A stretch of 64,000 bases of DNA from Candidatus Enterousia sp. (GTDB lineage Bacteria > Pseudomonadota > Alphaproteobacteria > Rs-D84), in contig JAZLBQ010000003.1 in the NCBI GenBank assembly GCA_045613785.1, positions 1 to 64,000 on the forward strand. The letters are read 5' to 3'. This document shows, piece after piece, positions 1 through 9,121 of the stretch. Numbering within the stretch: position 1 is the first letter of the stretch; each line of letters opens with the position of its first letter. The position numbers and the translations under genes are program-made. The notes under the pieces were generated by a model. That model searched no databases. It saw only the letters and a list, made by a program, of their open reading frames with translations, and had not been told where the DNA came from.

Positions 1-90
1 TTTTGTTTTGTTTTGTTTTGTTTTGTTTTGTTTTGTTTTGTTTTGTTTTGTTTTGTTTTGTTTTGTTTTGTTTTGTTTTGTTTTGTTTTC
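1..90. repeat. (TTTTG)n pentanucleotide microsatellite, 17 perfect copies plus TTTTC; may extend beyond the window
   Basis: Read directly from bases 1-90. Confidence 0.97.
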
Positions 91-191
91 TGATAACGAT
101 TTAATTGTTGGTAATGTAATTTCAAATAAAAAAATTGATAATGTAAAATATGGTCGTTTTTGATGTTTTGCTGTTGTGATGCTTTTTGAAA

Positions 192-220
192 AAGAAAAAC
201 CCCAATTGGGGATTTTTCTT
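192..220. terminator. Intrinsic terminator hairpin downstream of the 242..472 gene
   Basis: AAGAAAAACCCC-AATT-GGGGATTTTTCTT inverted repeat with A/T tails. Confidence 0.7.
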
Positions 221-241
221 TTGGGTCGTTTTGTTTGGTTT

Positions 242-472
242 TTAACGACTGTTTGATTTTGCTTTGGTGGCGTTACGCTGTGCTATTTTTGCATATACTT
301 TTTTGATGCCAGCGATAATTTTTTCCAATGTAGTTGGTTCGTTTATGCGTTGTTCTTCACGCCAGGCACTGTATTCTTGCTTTTGGTCTTCGTATTTTTT
401 TAAGCGTTCTTCCATTGTTGTGCCAGGAACGTTGACATTTGGATCTTCGACAAATGGTGGTTCTGAACTCAT
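242..472 (-). CDS. Hypothetical protein, 76 aa, basic C-terminus ending in Arg
   Basis: ORF with AAAGGA RBS, upstream TTGACA/TAAAAT boxes and a downstream terminator. Confidence 0.7.
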   Translation of the reverse strand: MSSEPPFVEDPNVNVPGTTMEERLKKYEDQKQEYSAWREEQRINEPTTLEKIIAGIKKVYAKIAQRNATKAKSNSR

Positions 473-522
473 ATTTTATCCTTTTTTGTTTTCCTGTTAT
501 TTTATTTTCTTATTTTTGTTTG

Positions 523-1482
523 TCAAACAACTTCGGTTACTGCACGTAGCGAACCGTCACGTGAAAGCTGAACAACACGAATCTTTTTCTTCATCTCTGC
601 AATTAAATCAGTGCGGTTGTATGCAGGTTGAGTGTGTAAAATTCGATCCGCAAATGCGGCATACGCCGCTTCGGCAGTTTCAGCGTGAATTGTTGTGTAA
701 AAGTGATCGTGACCAGTCCCCAACATTTGCCACAGTGCAGATGCGTTGTCAGTTGATATTTCGCCACCAATAATCACATCAGGTGTCATTCGAACAACTA
801 AATCCAATAATCTGGTATAGTTAAAATCGTTGGTCTGTTCTGTGCGTGATAATACAAAGTGAACACGATTCGATTGTGGAACACGAATTTCACGTGCGTC
901 TTCGACCGTAATCACACGGCTGTTTTGATCAATCAATGTCAGCAGGTGATTTAAAAATGTTGTTTTTCCTGTTGATGTCGCACCAGATATTAAAATTGGA
1001 CTGCCGTCATTTATTGCAGACATCAAGCGATCATACGGGTCGTCTGGACGAACCGTTTGACGTGGGTTGATTTTTAGCAGTTTTTCCCCACGACGCAGAT
1101 GATAATTCTCAAAATTTGTGCTGGGGGCGTTGCCACCACGAATATTTAGTGCAACACCACCGGTTACGTCGTTTTCATCATACTGAACATTTGGACCCGC
1201 AATCGCAGTAAATCGATGATTCCCTGGTAATGTTGCATAAACAACAGGCATTCCGTGAATCGGATCAAATGGCCGCTCGTAAATATTGGCAACAGTATGA
1301 ATTAAATCAACCAAGTATTGTTTGCTTAGTATTTCAGACCGGTATTGAACCCATGGAACACGTGCACCATGCAGACGCATCCATACGGTGCCCGCATTGT
1401 TTATGGCAATTTCTTCTACAAATTCGGGTTTGTAGAACTCGGCCAGTGGTTTGAGTAAAGAATCCAAAACAATATTTGACAT
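523..1482 (-). CDS. virB11: VirB11/CpaF-family secretion ATPase
   Basis: N-terminal EEIAIN motif, Walker A GATSTGKTT, Asp box ITVEDARE, RMTPDVIIGGE Walker B, His box TGH...TTIHA. Start placed at MSNIVL. Confidence 0.8.
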   Translation of the reverse strand: MSNIVLDSLLKPLAEFYKPEFVEEIAINNAGTVWMRLHGARVPWVQYRSEILSKQYLVDLIHTVANIYERPFDPIHGMPVVYATLPGNHRFTAIAGPNVQYDENDVTGGVALNIRGGNAPSTNFENYHLRRGEKLLKINPRQTVRPDDPYDRLMSAINDGSPILISGATSTGKTTFLNHLLTLIDQNSRVITVEDAREIRVPQSNRVHFVLSRTEQTNDFNYTRLLDLVVRMTPDVIIGGEISTDNASALWQMLGTGHDHFYTTIHAETAEAAYAAFADRILHTQPAYNRTDLIAEMKKKIRVVQLSRDGSLRAVTEVV

Positions 1483-1559
1483 CAAGGTAATTTTACCATA
1501 AATCGTGGCTTGAATCAAAAGTCTTTATTTGTTAAAATAAAAAAAAAGAGAGATTGAAT

Positions 1560-2123
1560 ATGAAAAAAATGTTCTTGATTGCATTGCTGGGGATAGTGGC
1601 CTTGGGGGGCTGTGCGTCAAATAAGGATGTGCCTTATAATGAAGTTGACTTTGCACAGGGCGGTGAAGATGCACCGCTGTATAACGAACGAACCAGCACA
1701 TTTATGCAGTCTGATAACCAATACGCAAATATCGATTCGTATAAACCAAAAACAGCCGAAGAAAAAGAACAAAACTCTAACCGTTGGAATACGTCCAGAA
1801 TGGAAACTAGATGGCAGGAATATCGTGGTGCAATGGTGCGGGTGCAAATCTTGCTGGGAAATACAGATGTTCGTGAAATGCGTCTGCGTTTGATGCAAAA
1901 CGCTGATGGTATGGATATTGATGGCGATTCTCGCACAGTGTTGGCGGCGGTCGCAGATTATGAAATGAAACGTGTGTGCGGACGTAATGCCGATAGTATC
2001 GTGATGGTCTATGACCGACCATCGTTCGATGCAATGCGACCAACACCGTATTTCGATTACCGTATCGAAGCCGAAGGTGCAACTATGCGTGAATATGGTT
2101 TTCGGTGCGTGTATGTAAAATAA
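1560..2123 (+). CDS. Hypothetical lipoprotein
   Basis: Signal peptide with LGGC lipobox; no recognised domain. Confidence 0.75.
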   Translation: MKKMFLIALLGIVALGGCASNKDVPYNEVDFAQGGEDAPLYNERTSTFMQSDNQYANIDSYKPKTAEEKEQNSNRWNTSRMETRWQEYRGAMVRVQILLGNTDVREMRLRLMQNADGMDIDGDSRTVLAAVADYEMKRVCGRNADSIVMVYDRPSFDAMRPTPYFDYRIEAEGATMREYGFRCVYVK

Positions 2124-2162
2124 ACTAAATAAACTAAACAAACTAAACAAAAAGGAAGAAAA

Positions 2163-2495
2163 ATGAAAAAGTTGGCATCTGTTATCGGTCTGTGTGCTGT
2201 TTTTGGTTTGACAGGTTGTGGTGAAAAAACACCTGTTGCAGAAAATGGTGATACTGTGGTTATCAATTTTGCTGGTTATTTAGATGGTGTTCAGTTCCCA
2301 GGCGGAACAGCAGAAAATTTCCCATTGAAATTGGGTAGCGGTCAGTTCGTCCCAGGCTTTGAAGAACAGGTCATTGGTATGAGCGAAGGTGAAGAACGTG
2401 ATATCAATATCACTTTCCCAACAGAATATGTTCCAGAATTGGCAGGTAAATCTGTTGTCTTCAAAGTAAAAGTTGTTGATATCGTTGAAGAATAA
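2163..2495 (+). CDS. FKBP-type peptidyl-prolyl isomerase lipoprotein (trigger-factor-like PPIase domain)
   Basis: LTGC lipobox followed by [10 protein letters not shown]...[17 protein letters not shown]...ITFPTEY...[10 protein letters not shown]. Confidence 0.85.
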   Translation: MKKLASVIGLCAVFGLTGCGEKTPVAENGDTVVINFAGYLDGVQFPGGTAENFPLKLGSGQFVPGFEEQVIGMSEGEERDINITFPTEYVPELAGKSVVFKVKVVDIVEE

Positions 2496-2514
2496 TAACG
2501 GTGTTTAAACTAAT

Positions 2515-2542
2515 AGAAAATGCCCCGTTTGGGGCGTTTTCT
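2515..2542. terminator. Bidirectional terminator between the FKBP gene and lptB
   Basis: AGAAAATGCCCC-GTTT-GGGGCGTTTTCT between convergent genes. Confidence 0.7.
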
Positions 2543-2579
2543 TTTATCTTTTTTAGTTCGTTTTCTGTTTGATTTACGT

Positions 2580-3308
2580 TTACATTACAAAGTCTTCGCC
2601 CAGATAAACTTTTTTTACCATTTCGTCTTGAACAATTTCTGCAGTCGTGCCGTGTTTCAGAATTTTGCCATCGTGCAAGACATAGCTGCGGTCTGTAATC
2701 CCCAATGTTTCACGAACGTTGTGGTCGGTAATGATTACACCTAAACCACGATTTTTTAACTGTGAAACAAGGCTGCGGATTTCATTTACTGCAATTGGGT
2801 CAATCCCAGCAAATGGTTCGTCTAATAAAATAAACTTTGGATCGTTTGCCAACGCACGGGCAATTTCAACACGACGACGTTCGCCACCAGACAATGCTGT
2901 CGCAGGACTGCGACGCAGTGATGAAATTGAAAATTCTTCAAGCAGTGAATCTAATTTCTTTTGACGCTTTTTGCGGTCTGGTTCGACAACTTCCAATATT
3001 GCCATAATATTTTGTTCAACCGTTAGCCCACGGAATACACTGTTCTCTTGGGGTAAATATCCAATGTGCAGACGGGCACGCTGATAAAAGGGCAGGTGAG
3101 TTATGTCCTGGGAATTAAGGAATATTTGGCCGCCTGTGGCTGATAACTGGCCTGTGATGCAATAAAATGCAGTTGTCTTGCCAGCACCGTTTGGCCCAAG
3201 TAAGCCAACCGATTCACCTTGGCGTGCTTCAAGAGATACGTCCTTGATGACCATGCGTTTGCCATACGATTTAGATAAATGTTCAACACGTAATATTGAT
3301 TGTTTCAT
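2580..3308 (-). CDS. lptB: LPS export ABC transporter ATP-binding protein
   Basis: GLLGPNGAGKTT, IGYLPQENSVFRGLTVEQNI, LSGGERRRVEIARAL, LLDEPFAGIDP, ITDHNVRETL, VYLGEDF. Confidence 0.95.
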   Translation of the reverse strand: MKQSILRVEHLSKSYGKRMVIKDVSLEARQGESVGLLGPNGAGKTTAFYCITGQLSATGGQIFLNSQDITHLPFYQRARLHIGYLPQENSVFRGLTVEQNIMAILEVVEPDRKKRQKKLDSLLEEFSISSLRRSPATALSGGERRRVEIARALANDPKFILLDEPFAGIDPIAVNEIRSLVSQLKNRGLGVIITDHNVRETLGITDRSYVLHDGKILKHGTTAEIVQDEMVKKVYLGEDFVM

Positions 3309-3784
3309 AGTCTTATCACCAATTCGTCAGTTCGTAGTTTGTCGCCGTTGCTGGAATCAATATGAACGTTGCCGTGCAATGTTATTGTCTTTTCTGTTCG
3401 ATTGTATTGTCCAGAACGTGCCGTTATGTTATCTGTTATTTTTGTTCCGCCATTTTTACGGCTGATTATGCCAGATACGCTGTTCATAAATATTATGTCG
3501 GGATTGTTGTATTCTTGGTAGCCAGTCTTGGCACGCAACTTGAAAGGTTCGCCATTTTTGTCAGTGCCTACAAATGATGCACCTGACATCTTGAACTGGT
3601 TCGTGACAATGTCTGTCATATTTATTGCAGAAATTGGTGTCCATAAAATTTGCTTGGTAAATAATGAACCCGCAACCAAGGCAGCAACCATAACTAAACC
3701 CCAGCCAGTAAAAAAGAACTGCCACAGGCGTTTTAACCGTCTGTGTTTAGAGAATATTATAAAACTGCGTTTGTCTTTGTTCAT
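3305..3784 (-). CDS. lptC: LPS export periplasmic protein LptC-like
   Basis: N-terminal TM anchor, G-T-D-K-N-G-E-P-F and ITARSG...LHGNVHI beta-jellyroll motifs; overlaps the lptB start. Confidence 0.75.
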   Translation of the reverse strand: MNKDKRSFIIFSKHRRLKRLWQFFFTGWGLVMVAALVAGSLFTKQILWTPISAINMTDIVTNQFKMSGASFVGTDKNGEPFKLRAKTGYQEYNNPDIIFMNSVSGIISRKNGGTKITDNITARSGQYNRTEKTITLHGNVHIDSSNGDKLRTDELVIRL

Positions 3785-3870
3785 AATCGCAGTTTAGACA
3801 ATGAATAATAAAAAAGCAATTTTTATATTTATCACTCTTAGATTTTATGCTATAATAGATACTAAGAGAG

Positions 3871-4686
3871 ATGAAAAGAAATTTACTGTTTTTAGTCGCT
3901 GGTCTTGCCTTGGTCGGTAATGTTGCCCAGGGGGCTATTACTATTAAAAAAGCTGCACCTGTCGCAGCCAAGCAGACTTCTGCACTGGAAGCAGGGCAGA
4001 CGTTAGTGCCGACGGTTTTAGGTTTGGTAAGTGGAATTCAACAATTAAATAAACAGCAAAAAGAACTGACCGCTGAATGTAGTCCTACAGGTCAGGAATT
4101 AGATTTTGTGAATAAAATTGTTAAAGAGTGGGCTAAAACTGGGGCTGCAACAGCTGATGAAGTGGAAAACAGATTGGGAATGAGGCGTTGTTCCACAGGA
4201 CCAACAGGGGGATATCAGACTTCTGTGCGTGTTGCGGCAGGGACAGATGAAAGTAGCATAGTTTGTTTTGATTATTTCGGTGGACCAGGTAATGAAGATA
4301 TGGTTTGGGAATACTTCCCAATGGCTGTTAAGGCTTATTATTGCACAGATGGGGCGTTGACAGGCTGTTCTGATAAAGAAAGACGCGAAGTTTCTAATAT
4401 ATATGATGTCTTTAATTTGGTTGATTTTGCTCAGGCAGATTATACCCCGACCGAAGCAACAATGGCCGCAAAATTGATTTCAAAGATTGAAAAATGTTCG
4501 TATTCTAAATTGAATGCAAAAAAGAAAGCAATGTGGGGCGATTTCTTGATTGATACAATCTCTGGTGTTGGTGAAAAGACAAATACAGGGGCAATTATGC
4601 AAACTGTTAGTGGGGTTGCAAATACAGGTGGTATGGGAGCGTTGCAATCTTTGGGGGGCTTGGCAAGTCAGTTTATGGATAGGTAA
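3871..4686 (+). CDS. Secreted hypothetical protein, Cys-containing
   Basis: Sec signal peptide (VAQG-A), 271 aa, followed by a terminator. Confidence 0.8.
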   Translation: MKRNLLFLVAGLALVGNVAQGAITIKKAAPVAAKQTSALEAGQTLVPTVLGLVSGIQQLNKQQKELTAECSPTGQELDFVNKIVKEWAKTGAATADEVENRLGMRRCSTGPTGGYQTSVRVAAGTDESSIVCFDYFGGPGNEDMVWEYFPMAVKAYYCTDGALTGCSDKERREVSNIYDVFNLVDFAQADYTPTEATMAAKLISKIEKCSYSKLNAKKKAMWGDFLIDTISGVGEKTNTGAIMQTVSGVANTGGMGALQSLGGLASQFMDR

Positions 4687-4687
4687 A

Positions 4688-4716
4688 TAAAAATCCCCAT
4701 AGCGGGGATTTTTATT
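4688..4716. terminator. Bidirectional terminator
   Basis: AAAAATCCCC-ATAGC-GGGGATTTTT between convergent genes. Confidence 0.7.
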
Positions 4717-4730
4717 TGCTTTCATTAAAT

Positions 4731-5009
4731 TTAACGAGTTTTTGCAATGCTGGATATTTCTGATAACATGCAGCCGTTGCCACGTTGAAATGGATTGAAT
4801 CCAGCCTGTGGAACAACCTTGATTGTTGAGATTGCGATTGCTTTTGGCTTGTCTTCAATTTCTTCCTGTATCGTTGTGCGGCACAAGAATTTGTTGACTG
4901 TATTCATTTCAGCCAGGTTGTATTTCTTTACAATGCATTCCCCATTAAATGAGCAAGCACCTGTTTCATTGTTCACGTGTGGACAATGCATGTTTACACA
5001 ATTTGACAT
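4731..5009 (-). CDS. Hypothetical protein with N-terminal four-Cys cluster, ends in Arg
   Basis: AAAGGA RBS before MSNCVNMHCPH...C...C; promoter-like boxes upstream. Confidence 0.65.
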   Translation of the reverse strand: MSNCVNMHCPHVNNETGACSFNGECIVKKYNLAEMNTVNKFLCRTTIQEEIEDKPKAIAISTIKVVPQAGFNPFQRGNGCMLSEISSIAKTR

Positions 5010-5041
5010 AATAAATCCTTTTTTTAATTTTTCTGGCAGGG

Positions 5042-5069
5042 ATATTAGCACGTAAAAATCATTTGTCAA
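5042..5069 (-). promoter_or_regulatory. Sigma70-like promoter TTGACA-N16-TAATAT
   Basis: Reverse complement reads TTGACAaatgatttttacgtgcTAATAT. Confidence 0.55.
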
Positions 5070-5164
5070 CTTGTTTTTTATTTCTATGCTTTTTGAGAAA
5101 TGTAAAGAAAAAACCGTCTGTTAGACGGTTTTTATTCTTAAGTCTTTTCTTTGCTTTTTAGTTC

Positions 5165-6424
5165 TTATGCCGCTTTTTTTGCCTCTGATTTAACTTCGAT
5201 TGGTTCTTTTTTGCCGTTTACGACATCGGCATCAATCACAATTTCTGCTAAATCATCTTGATCTGGGGCGTTGAACATCGGCTGCAGAAGAACACGTTCC
5301 AGAATACTGCGTAGCCCACGAGCACCTGTTTTACGCTGAGCCGCAATCTTGGCAATAGCAGATAGACCATCGTCGGTTATAGTCAATTTAACACCGTCGA
5401 TTTCTAACATTGCTGTGAACTGCTTTACAACAGCATTTTTTGGTTCGGTCAAGATTTTTACTAATGCAGCCTCGTCAAGTTCTTGCAAAGTAGTGATTAC
5501 TGGCAGACGACCGATTAGTTCAGGGATAATACCAAATTTTACTAAATCTTCGGGTTCTACATCAGCCAGAAAGTTCTTGTTTTTGCGTTCTTCGGCGGAT
5601 TCAACGTGGGCACCAAAGCCAATGCCACGACGTTCGCAAGTGCGATTGCCGATAATTTTGTTCAATCCATCAAATGCACCGCCGCAGATAAATAATATTT
5701 TGCTGGTGTCTAGTTGGACAGTTGCTTCGCCTGGGTGTTTGCGACCGGCGCCACCAGCAGGAACGTTCGCAACAGTTCCTTCGATTAGTTTTAATAGTGC
5801 TTGCTGCACGCCTTCACCAGAAACGTCACGGGTCAATGATGGGTTTTCGGATTTGCGAGAAATTTTATCGATTTCGTCGATATAAATAATTCCACGGCTG
5901 GCACGTTCAACATCAAATTCTGCGTTTTGTAGCAGACGAGTCAGAACACTTTCCACGTCGTCACCGACATAGCCGGCTTCGGTCAAGGTGGTTGCGTCTG
6001 CGATTGCAAATGGAACGTCTAGGATTCTTGCAAGTGTTTGTGCAAACAATGTTTTACCTGTTCCAGTAGAGCCAATCAATAGAACATTCGATTTTTGGAT
6101 TTCAATGTTCGATGATGCTGCAACATTATGGCGTTTATAGTGGTTATATACCGCAACAGACAATGTGCGTTTCGCAGTTTCTTGACCGATGATGTATTCG
6201 TTCAAGAAATTGTAAATCTGGGACGGTGTCGGCAGTTTGGTTGTTTCTTTGCTGACCTGTTGGCGGGTGTCGTCTGCCATTATGTCATTGCAAAGATTTA
6301 TGCATTCGTCACAAATGCACACGTTGCGTCCACTGACCAATTTTTTTACTTCATAAACAGCTTTGCCGCAGAAACTGCAAAACTGGTGGTTGTTTTCTGG
6401 ATTTGGTGTTTTTTCGTCACTCAT
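5165..6424 (-). CDS. clpX: ATP-dependent Clp protease ATP-binding subunit
   Basis: CSFCG...CICDEC zinc finger, [41 protein letters not shown] loop. Confidence 0.98.
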   Translation of the reverse strand: MSDEKTPNPENNHQFCSFCGKAVYEVKKLVSGRNVCICDECINLCNDIMADDTRQQVSKETTKLPTPSQIYNFLNEYIIGQETAKRTLSVAVYNHYKRHNVAASSNIEIQKSNVLLIGSTGTGKTLFAQTLARILDVPFAIADATTLTEAGYVGDDVESVLTRLLQNAEFDVERASRGIIYIDEIDKISRKSENPSLTRDVSGEGVQQALLKLIEGTVANVPAGGAGRKHPGEATVQLDTSKILFICGGAFDGLNKIIGNRTCERRGIGFGAHVESAEERKNKNFLADVEPEDLVKFGIIPELIGRLPVITTLQELDEAALVKILTEPKNAVVKQFTAMLEIDGVKLTITDDGLSAIAKIAAQRKTGARGLRSILERVLLQPMFNAPDQDDLAEIVIDADVVNGKKEPIEVKSEAKKAA

Positions 6425-6447
6425 ATCTGAAATCCCATTAAATATGA

Positions 6448-7029
6448 TTATTTACGTTCCAATACTTTATCAATCAGTCCAAATTCTTGAGCCTGGGTTG
6501 GATCCATCCAATTATCACGTTCCATTGCATCAAACAGTTCTTGTTCGGATTTGCCAGTAAATTCAGACATCTGTTTGATAAGCATTTTTTTGTTTTTTTG
6601 ATATTGGGTCATCTGAATTTCCATATCTGTGATTTGACCCTGGGCACCAGCCAATGGTTGGTGAATCATTATCTGTGTGTTTGGTAAAACAAAACGCTTG
6701 CCTTTTTCACCAGCCGCTAATAATACAGAACCCATTGATGCAACCAGCCCCATACCAATTGTTGATACAGGTGCTTTGATATACTGCATGGTGTCCATAA
6801 TTGCCCAGCCGGCAGATACGTCGCCACCAGGACTGTTGATATACATAGAAATATCAGCATTTGGATTTTCAGATTCCAAGAACAACAACTGGGCAACAAT
6901 GCTGTTTGCCATTGTTGGTTCAATCTGACCATTTACCATTACAATACGATCACGCAGCAGGCGTGAGTAAATATCAAACGAACGTTCACCACGTGGTGAT
7001 TCTTCGATAACCATTGGTATTAGTGCCAT
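6448..7029 (-). CDS. clpP: ATP-dependent Clp protease proteolytic subunit
   Basis: [28 protein letters not shown]. Confidence 0.98.
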   Translation of the reverse strand: MALIPMVIEESPRGERSFDIYSRLLRDRIVMVNGQIEPTMANSIVAQLLFLESENPNADISMYINSPGGDVSAGWAIMDTMQYIKAPVSTIGMGLVASMGSVLLAAGEKGKRFVLPNTQIMIHQPLAGAQGQITDMEIQMTQYQKNKKMLIKQMSEFTGKSEQELFDAMERDNWMDPTQAQEFGLIDKVLERK

Positions 7030-7140
7030 AATACAAAACCCCTTATTTTATGTGAAATTATACCATACGAAAAGCCGATTCGCTAATTTATGATATATAT
7101 AAGTAAAATATGTGTTTTTACAAGTTTTTTTTATAGTGAC

Positions 7141-7168
7141 TTGACAAAAGTTTTTTTGTGTTTAATAT
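7141..7168 (+). promoter_or_regulatory. Sigma70-like promoter TTGACA-N16-TAATAT; the downstream gene may be near-leaderless
   Basis: TTGACAaaagtttttttgtgttTAATAT lies 9 nt before ATG 7178. Confidence 0.55.
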
Positions 7169-7177
7169 ATCTCGGCT

Positions 7178-7486
7178 ATGAATAACAAAAGAACACCAGG
7201 TTTTTGCGAAATTGAATTGACTCGTTCCAGAAACGCATATCAAGATATGTGTGTTGCGTTGGCTAGGGCACAAGATTTGGCCGCAAGGAATCCAAACTTT
7301 AAACCTTTGGATTTGAAACGTGTCGAAGATGACCATTTTTCGTCAATGAATGATTATTTTATTGCAAATGAAAATTTTATTAATTCAGAAAATGATGTTG
7401 TTATGCAGTCGATGGCAATGTTGGAAAGTTCAAAGCATACTATTACTTGGTTTGAACGTTTCAAAAAATTTATCAGGTGTAGATAG
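7178..7486 (+). CDS. Hypothetical protein, 102 aa, ends KKFIRCR
   Basis: ORF bounded by its own promoter-like boxes and a terminator. Confidence 0.7.
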   Translation: MNNKRTPGFCEIELTRSRNAYQDMCVALARAQDLAARNPNFKPLDLKRVEDDHFSSMNDYFIANENFINSENDVVMQSMAMLESSKHTITWFERFKKFIRCR

Positions 7487-7560
7487 TTATAAATAAGACC
7501 CCACAATATTTTGTGGGGTTTTAAATTCTAAAAAAAATCCCCCGTTTGGGGGATCTTTTA

Positions 7561-8385
7561 TTATTTGTCCAATGCTGAGTTGATTTGATCAGCTGGGATT
7601 GCACCTGGGAATGCTTCTTCGCCGATAATCAAGAATGGTGTGCCTGTGATTTCAAACTGGTTTGCCAAATCACGAACGTTTGCCAATTCTATTTCAACGA
7701 TTTCGCTGGTCATATCTTCTTTCAATTTTGCTGTATCCAAGCCGGCTTCTTCAGCAAATTTCATCAGGTTCTTTTCGATTGCTTCAGCCAATTTTGTTTG
7801 GTCTTGGATATTTTCTGATGGACGATATTCACGGGTCATAATCATGTCAACGAATTTTGCCGCTTTTTCTGCATCTTGGATGTTTGCAGCAATCATTGCA
7901 CGTGCTGGACCATCACTCATAGTGCCGTGGATAGAGAAGTTCTTGATAACAACACGAACGTCATCACGTGATTTTAATACACGATCCAATTCGCCATGAA
8001 CACGACGGCAATAGCCACATGATGCAGCTGTCCAAACATAAATTGTTTTCTTTGCTTCACGATTACCCAAAATTGGGGCGTGTTCTGTCATTTCAAATGA
8101 TTTTTTGCGAACATGATTGCGGATTGCTTTGTTCTTTTCGGCATTTTGCTGAGCTTGCATACTTTCGACCATTTCCTGCAAGATTCCAGGATTTACACTG
8201 GTCAAGTAGTAAGGAACATACAGACGGCATACGCTGCCTGCAATCATAATAATAGCGATCAATTTGATTGCTTTTTTTGCCCACATAATGCCAGGTGCTG
8301 GTTTTTTTGCGTCTTGTTTCAGCAGTTTACCGCCAAACATAAACAAGGCGACTGCCAGAACTAATACTAAGATTGTCCAAGTCAT
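7561..8385 (-). CDS. DsbA/Com1-family thioredoxin-fold protein, membrane anchored
   Basis: APILGN, CGYC active site, ITGTPFLIIG...PGAI; AAGGAG RBS. Confidence 0.88.
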   Translation of the reverse strand: MTWTILVLVLAVALFMFGGKLLKQDAKKPAPGIMWAKKAIKLIAIIMIAGSVCRLYVPYYLTSVNPGILQEMVESMQAQQNAEKNKAIRNHVRKKSFEMTEHAPILGNREAKKTIYVWTAASCGYCRRVHGELDRVLKSRDDVRVVIKNFSIHGTMSDGPARAMIAANIQDAEKAAKFVDMIMTREYRPSENIQDQTKLAEAIEKNLMKFAEEAGLDTAKLKEDMTSEIVEIELANVRDLANQFEITGTPFLIIGEEAFPGAIPADQINSALDK

Positions 8386-8461
8386 TTTTTTCTCCTTATT
8401 GTGTTGAACAGGTTTACAATAGCAAAAAATTATAAAATCGCAAGGAATAAATCTGTAAATT

Positions 8462-9112
8462 TTATGCCAATTTCAATATTGCACGCATTGTTGGAAGTTG
8501 GCTGCCTTGCTGTTGACAGATGTTTTCTAAAAAGCGATATGTTGTTTGTAGGTCTAGAGGCAGTTTGTATAATTTGTTTATATAGGGCATAGCACATTTG
8601 TCGCATACTGCACGACCTGTGCGAGGAGATAAGTAGTTTAAATTTGTTGTTGCACCGCAGCCAGAACATTTTGATAGGTCAAGTGCATAACCAAGTTCAC
8701 GTAATAATTGAATTTCCCAATCTAGATATGCAAGTTTTGAATCTGTTTGTAGGCTGTGTAATAGTTTTAATGTTTCGTTGTATAAATTTTTATATGGTTC
8801 GTTTTCAGGCAAAAGTGTGGATAAAATATCAAAGGCCGCATTCATCGCAGATAGTTTTTTTATGTCTGTGATTAGTGGTGCGGATAAATTCTTTTCTGGT
8901 TCCCAGTGAAAAACGCCAAGTTGGGAATCTAGACGGGCATTCCAGGTCGCATTGCCGCATTGAGCAATGAGTGGTTTGTTCTTTTTTGCAACTATTGCAC
9001 CACGCATTACCCCGATGATAACTCCGTATTCATAGGTAAAAATACGGGCGATGGAATCTCGTTCGTTTAATGGACGTAGGCTGATTAAAATTCCGTCTGA
9101 TTCCAACTTCAT
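8462..9112 (-). CDS. recO: DNA repair protein RecO
   Basis: WNARLDSQLG, LLRELGYALDLSKCSGCG, YLSPRTGRAVC, as in alphaproteobacterial RecO. Confidence 0.93.
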   Translation of the reverse strand: MKLESDGILISLRPLNERDSIARIFTYEYGVIIGVMRGAIVAKKNKPLIAQCGNATWNARLDSQLGVFHWEPEKNLSAPLITDIKKLSAMNAAFDILSTLLPENEPYKNLYNETLKLLHSLQTDSKLAYLDWEIQLLRELGYALDLSKCSGCGATTNLNYLSPRTGRAVCDKCAMPYINKLYKLPLDLQTTYRFLENICQQQGSQLPTMRAILKLA

Positions 9113-9121
9113 TGTGTGGCG

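Noticed and set aside
2121-2151. Short AAACTAAA[CT] tandem repeat between two lipoprotein genes
   Set aside because: Only about three imperfect copies in AT-rich spacer DNA; nothing indicates function.
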